Of a stretch of 64,000 nt of DNA, positions 1 to 9,731 are shown piece after piece. The notes under the pieces were generated by a model. The model searched no databases and was not told the DNA's origin. It saw nothing but the letters and a program-made list of their open reading frames with translations. This stretch comes from an uncultured virus (IMG/VR IMGVR_UViG_3300005683_000076) (Duplodnaviria > Heunggongvirae > Uroviricota > Caudoviricetes), in the IMG/VR virus record IMGVR_UViG_3300005683_000076, one strand, 5' to 3'. Made by a program: the position numbers and the translations under genes. Numbering within the stretch: the stretch's first letter is position 1; each line of letters starts with the position of its first letter.

Positions 1-623
1 CGGATCATCTGCAGCTGGTTAGCATACAACTGTCCGTACGTCATGATCAGAGCTTGGGGCACTCCTATCTTGTTTAAGCGAGGTATGGTGCCGGCTACAA
101 GTGCGGCATCAAATTGGTTATCGACCTGTAAAGCTGGGGTGCTGTAGTTGGGAGTATACGTACAGATCTTTACGTTAGCTGCGTTGCCGGTGAATACGAT
201 CGTCTCGTTGGTGATGTTGTAATAACCTGCTAACGCTGATCCATTCGCATTGTGGGCTACCGTATCAAAGATGTTTGCGGTGTTGGCTCTCCAGAGTCGG
301 ATGTTCTCTCTTGATGTGCTCTCCCCGGGTATCTTTGTACCGCCTGCGTAAGGTTCGATCCTGACAGCCTCGACTTGGCCTATATGTACAGGCAGTGTAT
401 CCCCGTTAGTTAGATCATTCGACCACGCTAAGAACTGTGACCTCATTGGGTGGTAGGACTCACACAAGGTACGAATCAGCTCACTCTCAGTCTCTACGAG
501 GGCACGTTGTATCTCTTCTAAGATAAAACGATCATCTAAGACCGTAGTATCAAACGCAGAGCCCCTGGCACCTATAAGCCAAGTAACTCGGGCTGTAAGT
601 TTTGAGATGTCTGCTGCTGGCAT
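1..623 (-). CDS. Virion structural protein, probable head-tail adaptor (partial, runs off the window)
   Basis: Not in the ORF track. ATG at 623 overlaps the upstream stop; open frame MPAADISKLTARVTWLIG...QLQMI reaches position 1; lies downstream of the capsid cluster. Confidence 0.6.
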   Translation of the reverse strand, partial: MPAADISKLTARVTWLIGARGSAFDTTVLDDRFILEEIQRALVETESELIRTLCESYHPMRSQFLAWSNDLTNGDTLPVHIGQVEAVRIEPYAGGTKIPGESTSRENIRLWRANTANIFDTVAHNANGSALAGYYNITNETIVFTGNAANVKICTYTPNYSTPALQVDNQFDAALVAGTIPRLNKIGVPQALIMTYGQLYANQLQMI

Positions 624-1180
624 TATCTAAGGTCGACGAGTTTTTCCTGAGTAGCGAGCTTGGCTAGGAACAAGATAAAGTCACCTACAAGCTCACTAGG
701 TATGTCGGTAGCTGTTGAGGGGAGTGTGGCTGCGTTGAATCTGATGTTGCCGGTATAAGAAGTCAGGCTTCCATCAGTGTTTCTTATACGTAGATTGTTG
801 CCGTCTAAAAATAAAGCAGGTACGTGGCTTGGGTATCTTCCGTACATCAGCTGACTCTTGGAGCTTACCCAAGTACCGGCCGGGCCGCCCGTGATACCCT
901 CCATATAGATCTGCTGTGCTCGCAGGTCCGAAGGTGAGACTTTTGCCGTAGTACCATCAAAGTAAGCAGCCAGGTTAACTACGCCACTTGCAGCTGCTAC
1001 GGTTTGCTCTTTCTCAAGGGCAGATCTCTTTTCGGGATCTGTTATGGCATCCCTGGCCCACACCTCCAAGGCCGTCGGAATAAGAGCCTGAATGTGGGGG
1101 ATCGTTACATTCGTCGCAGCCGGCGAACGCTCAGAGATCAGATTCCTGACTCGAGTTGCTATTTCTAAAGCAGTTGCCAT
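623..1180 (-). CDS. Putative head completion/adaptor protein
   Basis: 185-aa ORF, translationally coupled (TAATG) within the structural operon. Confidence 0.55.
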   Translation of the reverse strand: MATALEIATRVRNLISERSPAATNVTIPHIQALIPTALEVWARDAITDPEKRSALEKEQTVAAASGVVNLAAYFDGTTAKVSPSDLRAQQIYMEGITGGPAGTWVSSKSQLMYGRYPSHVPALFLDGNNLRIRNTDGSLTSYTGNIRFNAATLPSTATDIPSELVGDFILFLAKLATQEKLVDLR

Positions 1181-1941
1181 TAACCTTCGTAATCTAGCGG
1201 GGAATTCCTGGAGACGTTATTCCAGTCACGGGCACGAAGCTCGTCCTGGGTACGGCGTAAGTGAGGCTGTGAGTTTAGGTCTAGGTTGCGGAACTTCTGG
1301 ATCTCCCGCTCCCAGTCCATGACCTGCCCGCCGATGGACATTTCAAATGCAGACAGTGCGTTAGCGATGTCCCCTTTCTGCATCGTGTATTCGGAGGGAT
1401 TGATTAATGCGAGCTTTACCTTAGCAATACGTACAACATTAAGAGCAGTCTTTTTGATAAGGAAAGGCCAGAAGCCATTTGGAAAGGTAAGATCTGAGCT
1501 GAGCCCGTACGAGGTAATGTCCTCTACTGGATCGTAGTAGAGCGTCATGTCCCCTTCTTCCCAGGCATCCCACGAGATCCGGTACCGCATCGGGGTTCCG
1601 TAGAAAGCAATAGCACGTGCTCCTTCATAAGAAGGTATGGCATCTACCGGGACGATCTCGACTTTAGACCTCTCTTCCCCGTACATCTCTCGGGGCCTGA
1701 TCTCCACGAATGCTGGGATCATGTCTATACCATTAGTAGGTATGAGTAGTTGGTCCCGAGTTGTCGGGTGAAGTTGCTGCTTGACTACGGTTATATCCGT
1801 AGACGATACGCCTATCTTTTGCAGCTCAAGAGCACGGACATTTATAAACTCGCGTTCAGCATCTTCAAAAGATACCAGCGAGTCAGGCATAGCTCCGCCA
1901 AACTCCTGCAGGACCTGGTTAGCACAAGTGGATAACAGCAT
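1180..1941 (-). CDS. Putative head-tail connector protein
   Basis: 253-aa ORF coupled to its neighbours; function inferred from synteny only. Confidence 0.5.
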   Translation of the reverse strand: MLLSTCANQVLQEFGGAMPDSLVSFEDAEREFINVRALELQKIGVSSTDITVVKQQLHPTTRDQLLIPTNGIDMIPAFVEIRPREMYGEERSKVEIVPVDAIPSYEGARAIAFYGTPMRYRISWDAWEEGDMTLYYDPVEDITSYGLSSDLTFPNGFWPFLIKKTALNVVRIAKVKLALINPSEYTMQKGDIANALSAFEMSIGGQVMDWEREIQKFRNLDLNSQPHLRRTQDELRARDWNNVSRNSPLDYEG

Positions 1942-1944
1942 TAA

Positions 1945-2823
1945 TTATTTCTTCTTGGTCTTAGGTTCCTCTACTTCTGCTCCCGGGACAAGAGATGGAG
2001 CTGGATTTTTCATCCGGTCCAGCTCTTCCTTGAGTGCAGCCGTCTCTGCTGCTACGGCCTCTGCGATAAGTTTTGCAAGGTCCATTTGCGGTGCTTCGTC
2101 CTTCTTAACCAGGTCGCGGATAGCACCGGCGATCTGAGCACCGACGTCAGCGTTGCTGGTAGTCGTCTTGTACTGCGGGCGATCGGCATGAATGTTGAAT
2201 ACGTTCTTGTAGTCGTGATCAAAGAACATACTCTTTCCAGATTTAGGATCGTCGATGTCCCGAATGGCTACGTCCACCTGCCGGCGTGCCTCTTCAATTG
2301 CTTCAGTCAGCCCAGCCAGGAGCTTGTTTACACACTCCTTGGCAACTTTCTTAAGTTCTTTGTCTTCCGCAAATTCGCTTGCAATGACATCATTGACTTG
2401 CGTACGCAGGTACTTGGACCAGCACATTGCACAGTCGGTACCAACTTCGACCGGATACTTCTCACACTCGAAAGGATTGGCGAGAATGTCTGCCACGCGT
2501 TGTGCCCGGGCCTCATCCTCCAGCCCAGCAAGCGGTGTCAGCTCTATGAAGAACTTCGAGATCGTGTACATGTCATTTACCTGGTCGGCCGGCATCCTCT
2601 CTACGCGGTAAAGCTCTTTGCCGTAGACATCGTATCCAACCTCCCCGGTAAACGGGCGAAAAGGAAACACTGCATTAGCTGGGATCTCCCACACATAAAA
2701 GTCACGTGAGGAAGTAGGTATTGACCAGATAGGTACGACTCCGTACCGGGTAGCTCTTGGATTGATGCTTTTCTTATCCGCTTTGGGTAAAGTATCCACC
2801 GCGGCAAATGCTGATTTACTCAT
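1945..2823 (-). CDS. Hypothetical protein (late operon)
   Basis: 292-aa ORF overlapping the upstream ORF. Confidence 0.7.
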   Translation of the reverse strand: MSKSAFAAVDTLPKADKKSINPRATRYGVVPIWSIPTSSRDFYVWEIPANAVFPFRPFTGEVGYDVYGKELYRVERMPADQVNDMYTISKFFIELTPLAGLEDEARAQRVADILANPFECEKYPVEVGTDCAMCWSKYLRTQVNDVIASEFAEDKELKKVAKECVNKLLAGLTEAIEEARRQVDVAIRDIDDPKSGKSMFFDHDYKNVFNIHADRPQYKTTTSNADVGAQIAGAIRDLVKKDEAPQMDLAKLIAEAVAAETAALKEELDRMKNPAPSLVPGAEVEEPKTKKK

Positions 2824-3595
2824 ATACTTTTGAAATTGGCTTGCTGACCTCTCCGTGGTGCCATCTTCGTGCAGAAATTCCTGCGAACTGGTACACGTTA
2901 TCAGCTATCCTCTTGACCTCTTTTTCTGCAAACTTTGCTTCAGCTTCTTCGTAGTCCTTAATGTTCTGTTCAAGCGTCGAGGTGTCGTTACTTACGATCC
3001 TCCACCGGCGTTTACATTCATCCAGTGTTTCCTGGTTTGGGGAAATGGCTCGGCCGTCGCTATCCAACACTGAAAAGCAGTACACGTACATTCCTTCTCG
3101 GGGAAACTCTCCGAGTACGTCTACCTTCCTGGCTACTCCGTGCTTCTCCAAATGGGCATATCTACTGGCTTCCCAGTTATCGTAGCCAAGCTCCTCCGGA
3201 GCAACGTAAACTTCTATGATCCAACACGCCTTACCTACCGCCCTGGTAGATACCTTGTTGGCCACGTCAATATCCTTACTTAAGGATTCTTCGGAATCGG
3301 CCCTGGCCGCAGCCAGGCTGCTGTAAAATTTATACTCCCCGGTTGCTTCATTCTTTCGACGGAAAGTCTGAGTTACCACGGGGACAAAAGCTGGAATGTT
3401 CTGATGCTGAAGCAGGTGCTTCACATCCATTTTCTCGTTCCGGAATTTCAATTCTCGCTGGCCGTCGACTATCTTAAAAACCGGCTTCCCGTTTCTTGTA
3501 GCCACTTGAGACAACTCCCGCTCAAACCACGAAGGTATAGGCGGGAGGTCTACAAGCAGAGTCTCCGGCTTAACAGCTAATACGCTATTAGGCAT
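2816..3595 (-). CDS. Hypothetical protein (late operon)
   Basis: 259-aa ORF overlapping its neighbours. Confidence 0.7.
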   Translation of the reverse strand: MPNSVLAVKPETLLVDLPPIPSWFERELSQVATRNGKPVFKIVDGQRELKFRNEKMDVKHLLQHQNIPAFVPVVTQTFRRKNEATGEYKFYSSLAAARADSEESLSKDIDVANKVSTRAVGKACWIIEVYVAPEELGYDNWEASRYAHLEKHGVARKVDVLGEFPREGMYVYCFSVLDSDGRAISPNQETLDECKRRWRIVSNDTSTLEQNIKDYEEAEAKFAEKEVKRIADNVYQFAGISARRWHHGEVSKPISKVYE

Positions 3596-3926
3596 AAGAT
3601 CTTCCCTGGATTGTGAGGATCGCCCTCGTCCAGTTACCCAGCCCTGACAGGGCTATTGTGTCGTCGTCCGTGTGGGTAAAGGTCACGGTTGTTTGTGAAA
3701 GGGTTGCTTGAGCTGCACCGGCATTGTCATTTAAGACAACCAGCGTGACTGCATAGGGCCTACGAACTGCTGAAAGATCTACAGAACCAGAGGTATCTCC
3801 GGTCAGTTTGGATACGACCATCTCCTCTGTCTGCAAACCATTAAGCTCCTTGCCCTGCGTCTGCGGCGTACTAGTGACAGTGCCGTAGTTAGCTCGAGTA
3901 ATTGAAAATACTTTTGCAAGTGCCAT
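3588..3926 (-). CDS. Small structural protein, possible capsid decoration
   Basis: 112 aa, Thr/Gly-rich and beta-type, directly after the major capsid gene. Confidence 0.5.
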   Translation of the reverse strand: MALAKVFSITRANYGTVTSTPQTQGKELNGLQTEEMVVSKLTGDTSGSVDLSAVRRPYAVTLVVLNDNAGAAQATLSQTTVTFTHTDDDTIALSGLGNWTRAILTIQGRSYA

Positions 3927-3944
3927 AGTGTTTTATCAAAGTTA

Positions 3945-3971
3945 GGAGGAGCCACACTGAGCAGCTCCCCC
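3945..3971 (-). terminator. GC-rich hairpin after the capsid gene (terminator or stabiliser)
   Basis: Minus strand GGGAGCTGC-TCAGT-GTGGCTCCT; weak U tract. Confidence 0.4.
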
Positions 3972-3983
3972 ATGTCAAGGAGA

Positions 3984-5279
3984 TTAGACGTTGCCGGTAG
4001 CAAGACCAGAGGTCGGGAGGTTGTAGATGGCAGCCTGGTTGCGGACATTGCGGCAAGCAATGTTCACATAGCCACTCATCACGAACCCGAGACCACCAGA
4101 GATGCGTCCCTGCGAGTCGTTCAGGTTGTAGAATTCGTTACCGTGGATAGCCTGCGAAGAGAACGGATTCTTTCCACCACGCGATATGCGGTACCAGTCA
4201 TTCATCTTCAGAGCGTGGATCTTCATGTTGTCGTGATCCTTCGACACGGTGAAGCTGTAGCCGTTGATCGTTTCCTTGTGAGCATAGCCGGTGTCGATCT
4301 TTTCAGATCCAAGCATCGTTATACCAAGGCCGATCGCCTGCTTACGGTAGGCTTCACGCTGGGTCGGTGACCAGAAGAACTCGTGCATTCCCTCACCATT
4401 GATCGAGAGAGCAACGTCCTCTTCAATGTAGTGAGCAAGCTGCGAGAACAGCGACTCTACGGCGAGCATCAGCGAACCTGCGGAACCATCAACCATTACT
4501 GAGTTGAGGCCCGGCTGCGATGCCCTAGTTACCGAGAAGAGTGAGCCAGAGTTGGCCACCCAATACCCAATGCCGTTTACGCCTCGCTGGGAAGACCGTT
4601 CCGGAACAACAATGTCGGTGTTAACACCATCGTTCGGGGCAGTTGAAGTGAAGGTGATAACACCAGTCGACTTAACTACAGACTGAACTGTCATGATCGC
4701 TTCACCACCAACACCACCGTTTCGAAGGGTGGCACCGGTCGAGTTGTAGATCTGGACCTTCTTGCCGGGTTTTACGAACTGAGCACCTTTATTACCAAAA
4801 GTAGTATTCGGTGCGGCAGTAGCAGTAGAACCAGAAGTAGCTGCCGAGAGAATAGCTATCGTGCCCAAGCCGTCGCCCATAAGGCAAGCACGGTTGAGCT
4901 TCTTAAATCCGGTACGCATCGTCGACGCTAACTCTTCAACTACCGGATGGTACTGAGAGCCTGCGGCCGAGTCATCATTATCGATCGCTTCCTGATCGAT
5001 AAGAACCTGCTCCGATACCGTACGGTACGGAACAAAGAACGTGGTGAATGTCGAGTTACCACCCTGGGCATATCCCGAGGCGGATCCAAATGCGGCCCAC
5101 GACTCTGATTCGTTGTAGCCGGTGCGAACTTTTACCTTGCGGCCAAGGACGTTGGCATCTGCCTCAGGGAGAGACTGGATGCGATTCCAAAAGGCCGCAC
5201 TATGCTCGTCGGTCTCCTGGATCTGATCCTCGAAGATCGTCTGCACGAGCTGCTGTGTTTGGGTTGTATCAAAAGCCAT
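3984..5279 (-). CDS. Major capsid protein
   Basis: 431 aa, strong SD (AAGGA), follows the scaffold gene, typical HK97-fold composition and C-terminus (NIACRNVRNQAAIYNL). Confidence 0.8.
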   Translation of the reverse strand: MAFDTTQTQQLVQTIFEDQIQETDEHSAAFWNRIQSLPEADANVLGRKVKVRTGYNESESWAAFGSASGYAQGGNSTFTTFFVPYRTVSEQVLIDQEAIDNDDSAAGSQYHPVVEELASTMRTGFKKLNRACLMGDGLGTIAILSAATSGSTATAAPNTTFGNKGAQFVKPGKKVQIYNSTGATLRNGGVGGEAIMTVQSVVKSTGVITFTSTAPNDGVNTDIVVPERSSQRGVNGIGYWVANSGSLFSVTRASQPGLNSVMVDGSAGSLMLAVESLFSQLAHYIEEDVALSINGEGMHEFFWSPTQREAYRKQAIGLGITMLGSEKIDTGYAHKETINGYSFTVSKDHDNMKIHALKMNDWYRISRGGKNPFSSQAIHGNEFYNLNDSQGRISGGLGFVMSGYVNIACRNVRNQAAIYNLPTSGLATGNV

Positions 5280-5469
5280 AGTTTTTCCTTATCTTTGTGT
5301 TGAGTTTTGTTGTGGGTGTGTCGGTTAGCTCCAGTACAAAGACCGGGAAGAGGGGGTCTGCTCCGTACACGCAAGCAGCCTCTGGGTAGGACTAAACTAT
5401 CCTTAGTTAGTTGGTGGCTTTAATACAACGCCCAGCCATAAGCCGTAAAGATGCGTGGGCGAGAACTTA

Positions 5470-6846
5470 TTATCCTCCGAACCGTGGGGTCTTTTGCCGT
5501 AACTGGTTCGAGAGCTGGGTCAGTCTGGCGTGTCTGCGTTCAGCAGCACTCATTCCAGCTAACTCCTCTTCGGAGTACTCCGTAAGTACCTCTGTCTGTT
5601 TAGGAGCTCCAACTACTTCCCGTGCGTTCTGGCCCTTGGTATTCTCAAGTGACCATCCGGCCATCAAGAGCTTGTACCTGTACGCTTCTGCAGCTATGGT
5701 CTTTTCCACGGTCTGCATGAGCTCGGACAATCCGCGGCTCACGGCGGTCTGGTAGGGGAAGGAGTTTACGTAGTTGTTGATCTCAGCTTGAATAGAGTCG
5801 GCCCTCTGGCCTGACGGTTTGCCCAGGAGATCCAACGCCTTAAAGACGTCTACCAGGCTAGGATTCTGACTGCTTGCTGCATTGATCTCTGCGGCAAGTT
5901 TGTTGCGAACTTCTTGCTTGAATTCTTTCGCAACCTTCGGATCGTTATCCGTGAAATTAAGTTGAAACTTATTGAATAGGGCTTCGACCTGCGGCTGGAA
6001 CTGGGACTGAATACCGGTCAATACATTCTGGAGCATGGCCTGTCGGGTAGCCCGTTCCTGGTATTCTGCATTGTCCTTGGCTAACTGCCTTTGAAGCTCA
6101 ACCTCTGAGTCGACTTCTCGGGCACGCTGATAAGCCTGGTACTCTTCATCAGAAGCAAACTCGTGAAAATTCTCTGGCGTTACTGTTCCCCGCTTTATCG
6201 CTTGAATAGCATTAAGTACATCCTTAGCTGCTACGCGGGTGTCGCCCTCTTTATACCCTGAAAATCTATCAATGATTACTTGGAGATTCTCAAGATCAGG
6301 CTGGCCGTCGGCTTTTTCTAGGAAGTCCCACGTCAGGTGGCTCTTGAGTTCAGCAAGTTTATTAGGGCTAACTACTTCCTGTATCGAACTGAGGACCTCT
6401 TCCACGGGAGCCGTATAGCTGGAGAGCTTGTAAAACTTCTCTTCTGCTACGCGCAGCCGTTCAAGGTCAGTCTGAGGAAGAGCTTCCTTACCTTCGTACT
6501 GAGACTTGTAAGTCTCGAGCTGTTCCTGGAGTGCAGTCTTCTCTGCTTTGAGTTTTCCGGAGTACCCAGACACCTGCTTAAGCTTGTCCCTGAACCACTT
6601 CGGAGCATTCGGGCTATCTGCAAGCTTTTGAAGTTCTTCTTCACTAAGCTCATCAGATTCCACTGGATCCAATTTGGCCGGCTCTTCTGCAACCGGGTCT
6701 GCCGGCACTGCTTCAACAGGAGCTACCGGATCTGTAACTGGAGTTGTATCCTCTGTTTGTACGCTATCGATCACGCCTGTGTCGGCGGCAGGAGCTTCCC
6801 CAGTAGCGTCACTGGAGCCTCCCAAGAAGCTTGTATCTAAATCCAT
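5470..6846 (-). CDS. Capsid scaffolding protein
   Basis: Acidic Pro/Ala-rich N-terminus and coiled coils; sits between portal and capsid genes. Confidence 0.65.
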   Translation of the reverse strand: MDLDTSFLGGSSDATGEAPAADTGVIDSVQTEDTTPVTDPVAPVEAVPADPVAEEPAKLDPVESDELSEEELQKLADSPNAPKWFRDKLKQVSGYSGKLKAEKTALQEQLETYKSQYEGKEALPQTDLERLRVAEEKFYKLSSYTAPVEEVLSSIQEVVSPNKLAELKSHLTWDFLEKADGQPDLENLQVIIDRFSGYKEGDTRVAAKDVLNAIQAIKRGTVTPENFHEFASDEEYQAYQRAREVDSEVELQRQLAKDNAEYQERATRQAMLQNVLTGIQSQFQPQVEALFNKFQLNFTDNDPKVAKEFKQEVRNKLAAEINAASSQNPSLVDVFKALDLLGKPSGQRADSIQAEINNYVNSFPYQTAVSRGLSELMQTVEKTIAAEAYRYKLLMAGWSLENTKGQNAREVVGAPKQTEVLTEYSEEELAGMSAAERRHARLTQLSNQLRQKTPRFGG

Positions 6847-6952
6847 GTTTTATTTGGCCTTTAATTTACTGTGCTGTCCCGCATAAGGACCTAAAAGAAT
6901 GAACTGCACGAAGCACTGACTGTGCTGAAAGGTGTGAAAAGTCTATATTAAC

Positions 6953-6982
6953 AGAGTAGCATATCCGTCTAGACGTTGTCAA
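6953..6982 (-). promoter_or_regulatory. sigma70 promoter for scaffold/capsid genes
   Basis: TTGACA-acgtctagacggatatgc(18)-TACTCT with TGn extended -10. Confidence 0.75.
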
Positions 6983-9270
6983 GACTTATTTTCAGATTTT
7001 TTGGGCTCTTCTGGTGGGGCCATTGCGTTCGACATCATAGCCATACCAGCCTGTGCCGGCATCTGCGATAGCATCGAGATCGACTGGGCCTTGGTCATCT
7101 CGCTGAAGAATGCAGCTTTATGCTTGCTAATCATGGCGTCACACACCGCAACTATCACTCGCGGCTGCTCGATACCGGAAGCCATGAATTCCCGGCACTT
7201 GCGTGCCCAGAAATCCGCCTGCTGCTCATGATTCTCCGCCTGTGCGTTGATCTGCAGCTGTGGCAGTGAAAGTACCTGCATGACCACGGGGTTGGGTATG
7301 GGTGCCCCCATGGCATCTACTGCCCGCTGTCCTGTCTTGGGGTCCACCACTGCCGCTTCCATTTGCTGGTACAGTGCCTCAGCCTGTGGGTCAGACAGCT
7401 GCTCCTTTACGAAGTTCAGCCGCTTCTCAGCTAGTTTGCAATTAGATTCGTAGTTGTTTATATCAATGCCGTCGTAGCCTGACTGCTGTGCAAGCTTTGT
7501 CTGCAACTCCGGAGTCATCGGAATAAACCCGGCCGCAATGTCATTACGCAGTTTGGCCTGCTTGTCAGCTCTGGATTCAGGCATCTCTGAGCCTTCGACT
7601 AGGTCAATGACAATGGCATCACGGAGGTTGGCCTGGAAGAACGCCATTACTTCGTCATCCATCCACTCCTCGTCATACCTCGCACCAAACTGCATCAAGG
7701 CCTCAGGAGAGTAGTACTTCTGGATAAGATCAAGCTGATCCCACAGCCAGCCAACTTTCATCTGCCCCTCACTGACTTTTGCCGGGATCATCAAGCCGGA
7801 AGCCCTTTGGGCTACAAGCTGCTGTCCGGTTGCCGTCTGGATGTTGGCATCCCCTTCTCCAAGCGTGACGTCTGGAATCCCCATCACACGCTGCATGGTG
7901 TCTACCTGAGTACCGAGAAACTGCAGAGACGCAGCAGAAAGTCCTGATACTTCTATCGGCATCAGGAAGTTCTTCATAGGCTGGCCGCCGGTAGAAAAGT
8001 CTGGCCGGAGGGGGATATTAGTGTTTGCTCCCTCGAGGTTGGCACCGTCGATCGCTTCAGGCAAGTACACGACCGAGCCCTTCATGCTCCTAGCCTCACC
8101 TTCCATGGCCATGTTGTCGAGCTGGTTGATCTTCTTCTGTATAGGCAGTCCGGCACGTGCACCAAGTCCGTAGAAACTGGTAGGATCTATTAGCCACACG
8201 CAAGACTTGATCCTCTTGTTCTTGTCTTCGGAATCTATGAACGCTATCTCATTGTTGACCACGCCCATTACCAGGCCGTCAGGACAGAGATCGGTGAGCT
8301 TCTGCCCTTCCTGTATAACGAACTTACCTATCTGTACGGTAGTTGGGCTTACGTAGTCTTCATACTCCGTCCGGTCCAGCCAGGTCTGTTTGACCTCGTA
8401 CTGTGTCTTCTCGAGAGATGTTCGCGGCATGGCCTCGCCAGACTGGTACTTTTTAAGTGCTACCTTTAGTCTAGTGTTGTACGACCATTCCGGTTTTCCT
8501 TTCAGTTTCAAATGCGGGTAGAGCTTCTGCAGCTCACCTTTCTGAGCAAAGTACCTCCACTGTGCCCACGAACTTTTTGTTATATCAGCAGCTTCACCAT
8601 GCCGATCGTCGACCGAAACATCTATTGCGTCTGATATGATCAGCTCGGTCTTTCCCGCGTCTACGGAGTTATATCCATCAACTACGTAATCGTTTATCTG
8701 GACAGGCTCCTGCACGTAGGACACTGGAGATCCGCATGCTGGGCAGTCCTGTGTTCCGGACAATCCTTCCCCGGAAGCAGAGCACTCTGGGCACACCCAC
8801 ACCCCTCCCTGCTCATACGAGACCGGTGAGAAGTTGGGGACATTCAGCTTCGGGCCGCCGACTTTATTAAATCTTGAGATCGCAAAAGCATTGAGCTTGA
8901 GCATTGCTGCATGGAATATGGCCTGCTCTTTGCCTTCCCACTGCGACTTGTTTAGTACCTCATATATAGACCTGGCGATCTTCTCTATTGACCGGTTCTG
9001 AAAATTGTTAGCTTTAGCTGATACATCTAGAGACACGGTAGCTTGCATGTATCCGGCCTCTGCTCCGTGAACAAGTGCCTGGAATACATTAGTACCGTGC
9101 AGTGCTGAGAACTTCGGAGAGTCTGCCCACACTCCGTTACTCCAGAAGCCGAATAGATCGCTGGGTGTAGCACCACGATACCGACGGCACATCTGGATGA
9201 TCGCCTGTGCCCTGACCTTGGCTTCAGTGGTCTCAGTCTCCTCTTTGATAAGTCGATCTACGTTAAGTAG
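6979..9270 (-). CDS. Portal protein (true start lies in or near the N gap at 9271-9338)
   Basis: About 760 aa between terminase and scaffold; P22-like portal motifs (QKKINQLDN, QTATGQQL); contains a CxxC...CxxC insert. Confidence 0.75.
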   Translation of the reverse strand, partial: LLNVDRLIKEETETTEAKVRAQAIIQMCRRYRGATPSDLFGFWSNGVWADSPKFSALHGTNVFQALVHGAEAGYMQATVSLDVSAKANNFQNRSIEKIARSIYEVLNKSQWEGKEQAIFHAAMLKLNAFAISRFNKVGGPKLNVPNFSPVSYEQGGVWVCPECSASGEGLSGTQDCPACGSPVSYVQEPVQINDYVVDGYNSVDAGKTELIISDAIDVSVDDRHGEAADITKSSWAQWRYFAQKGELQKLYPHLKLKGKPEWSYNTRLKVALKKYQSGEAMPRTSLEKTQYEVKQTWLDRTEYEDYVSPTTVQIGKFVIQEGQKLTDLCPDGLVMGVVNNEIAFIDSEDKNKRIKSCVWLIDPTSFYGLGARAGLPIQKKINQLDNMAMEGEARSMKGSVVYLPEAIDGANLEGANTNIPLRPDFSTGGQPMKNFLMPIEVSGLSAASLQFLGTQVDTMQRVMGIPDVTLGEGDANIQTATGQQLVAQRASGLMIPAKVSEGQMKVGWLWDQLDLIQKYYSPEALMQFGARYDEEWMDDEVMAFFQANLRDAIVIDLVEGSEMPESRADKQAKLRNDIAAGFIPMTPELQTKLAQQSGYDGIDINNYESNCKLAEKRLNFVKEQLSDPQAEALYQQMEAAVVDPKTGQRAVDAMGAPIPNPVVMQVLSLPQLQINAQAENHEQQADFWARKCREFMASGIEQPRVIVAVCDAMISKHKAAFFSEMTKAQSISMLSQMPAQAGMAMMSNAMAPPEEPKKSENKS

Positions 9271-9592
9271 NNNNNNNNNNNNNNNNNNNNNNNNNNNNNN
9301 NNNNNNNNNNNNNNNNNNNNNNNNNNNNNNNNNNNNNNCGGCTGGCTTCAGCAGCCATACGCTCTGCGTCTTCAATGGCCTGCGAGTACGCGTCACTTGG
9401 GTATGAGGAAACCATCTGGGACGTACTTGCACCTGTAGAAGTTCCAGGCCTGTCTGCCTGCAGTCGTTGCGGTATCCGGTTGTGAACAAACTTGTCAAGC
9501 AGTTCTGCCACTACCTGATCCTTTCTTCGTATTTCCCTTCGCAGTCTTGCGTTTTCTCGTAGTAGCAGCTTTATCGGTAACTTGTTGAACAT
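9263..9592 (-). CDS. Small hypothetical coiled-coil protein (3' end in N gap)
   Basis: ORF MFNKLPIKLLLRENARLRREIRRK runs into the gap. Confidence 0.45.
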   Translation of the reverse strand: MFNKLPIKLLLRENARLRREIRRKDQVVAELLDKFVHNRIPQRLQADRPGTSTGASTSQMVSSYPSDAYSQAIEDAERMAAEASXXXXXXXXXXXXXXXXXXXXXXXXT

Positions 9593-9731
9593 CTTGTATA
9601 AAACCTATCCGGCGTTTACGTTTTGGCTTGTCATTCTTTGGGATCTCCGTGAACCCTGTATAGGAGCCGACCCCGAGAATAAAATCCAGTGAGTCGTCTT
9701 CTTCGTGCGATGTCGGTTTTTTCTTAGCCAA
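9495..9731 (-). CDS. Small basic hypothetical protein
   Basis: 78 aa, overlaps the terL stop. Confidence 0.4.
   Translation of the reverse strand: MAKKKPTSHEEDDSLDFILGVGSYTGFTEIPKNDKPKRKRRIGFIQDVQQVTDKAATTRKRKTAKGNTKKGSGSGRTA

Noticed and set aside
9339..9498. N-terminal extension of the 839-aa portal ORF
   Set aside because: Artefact of reading through the N gap; this stretch belongs to the upstream small ORF in another frame.
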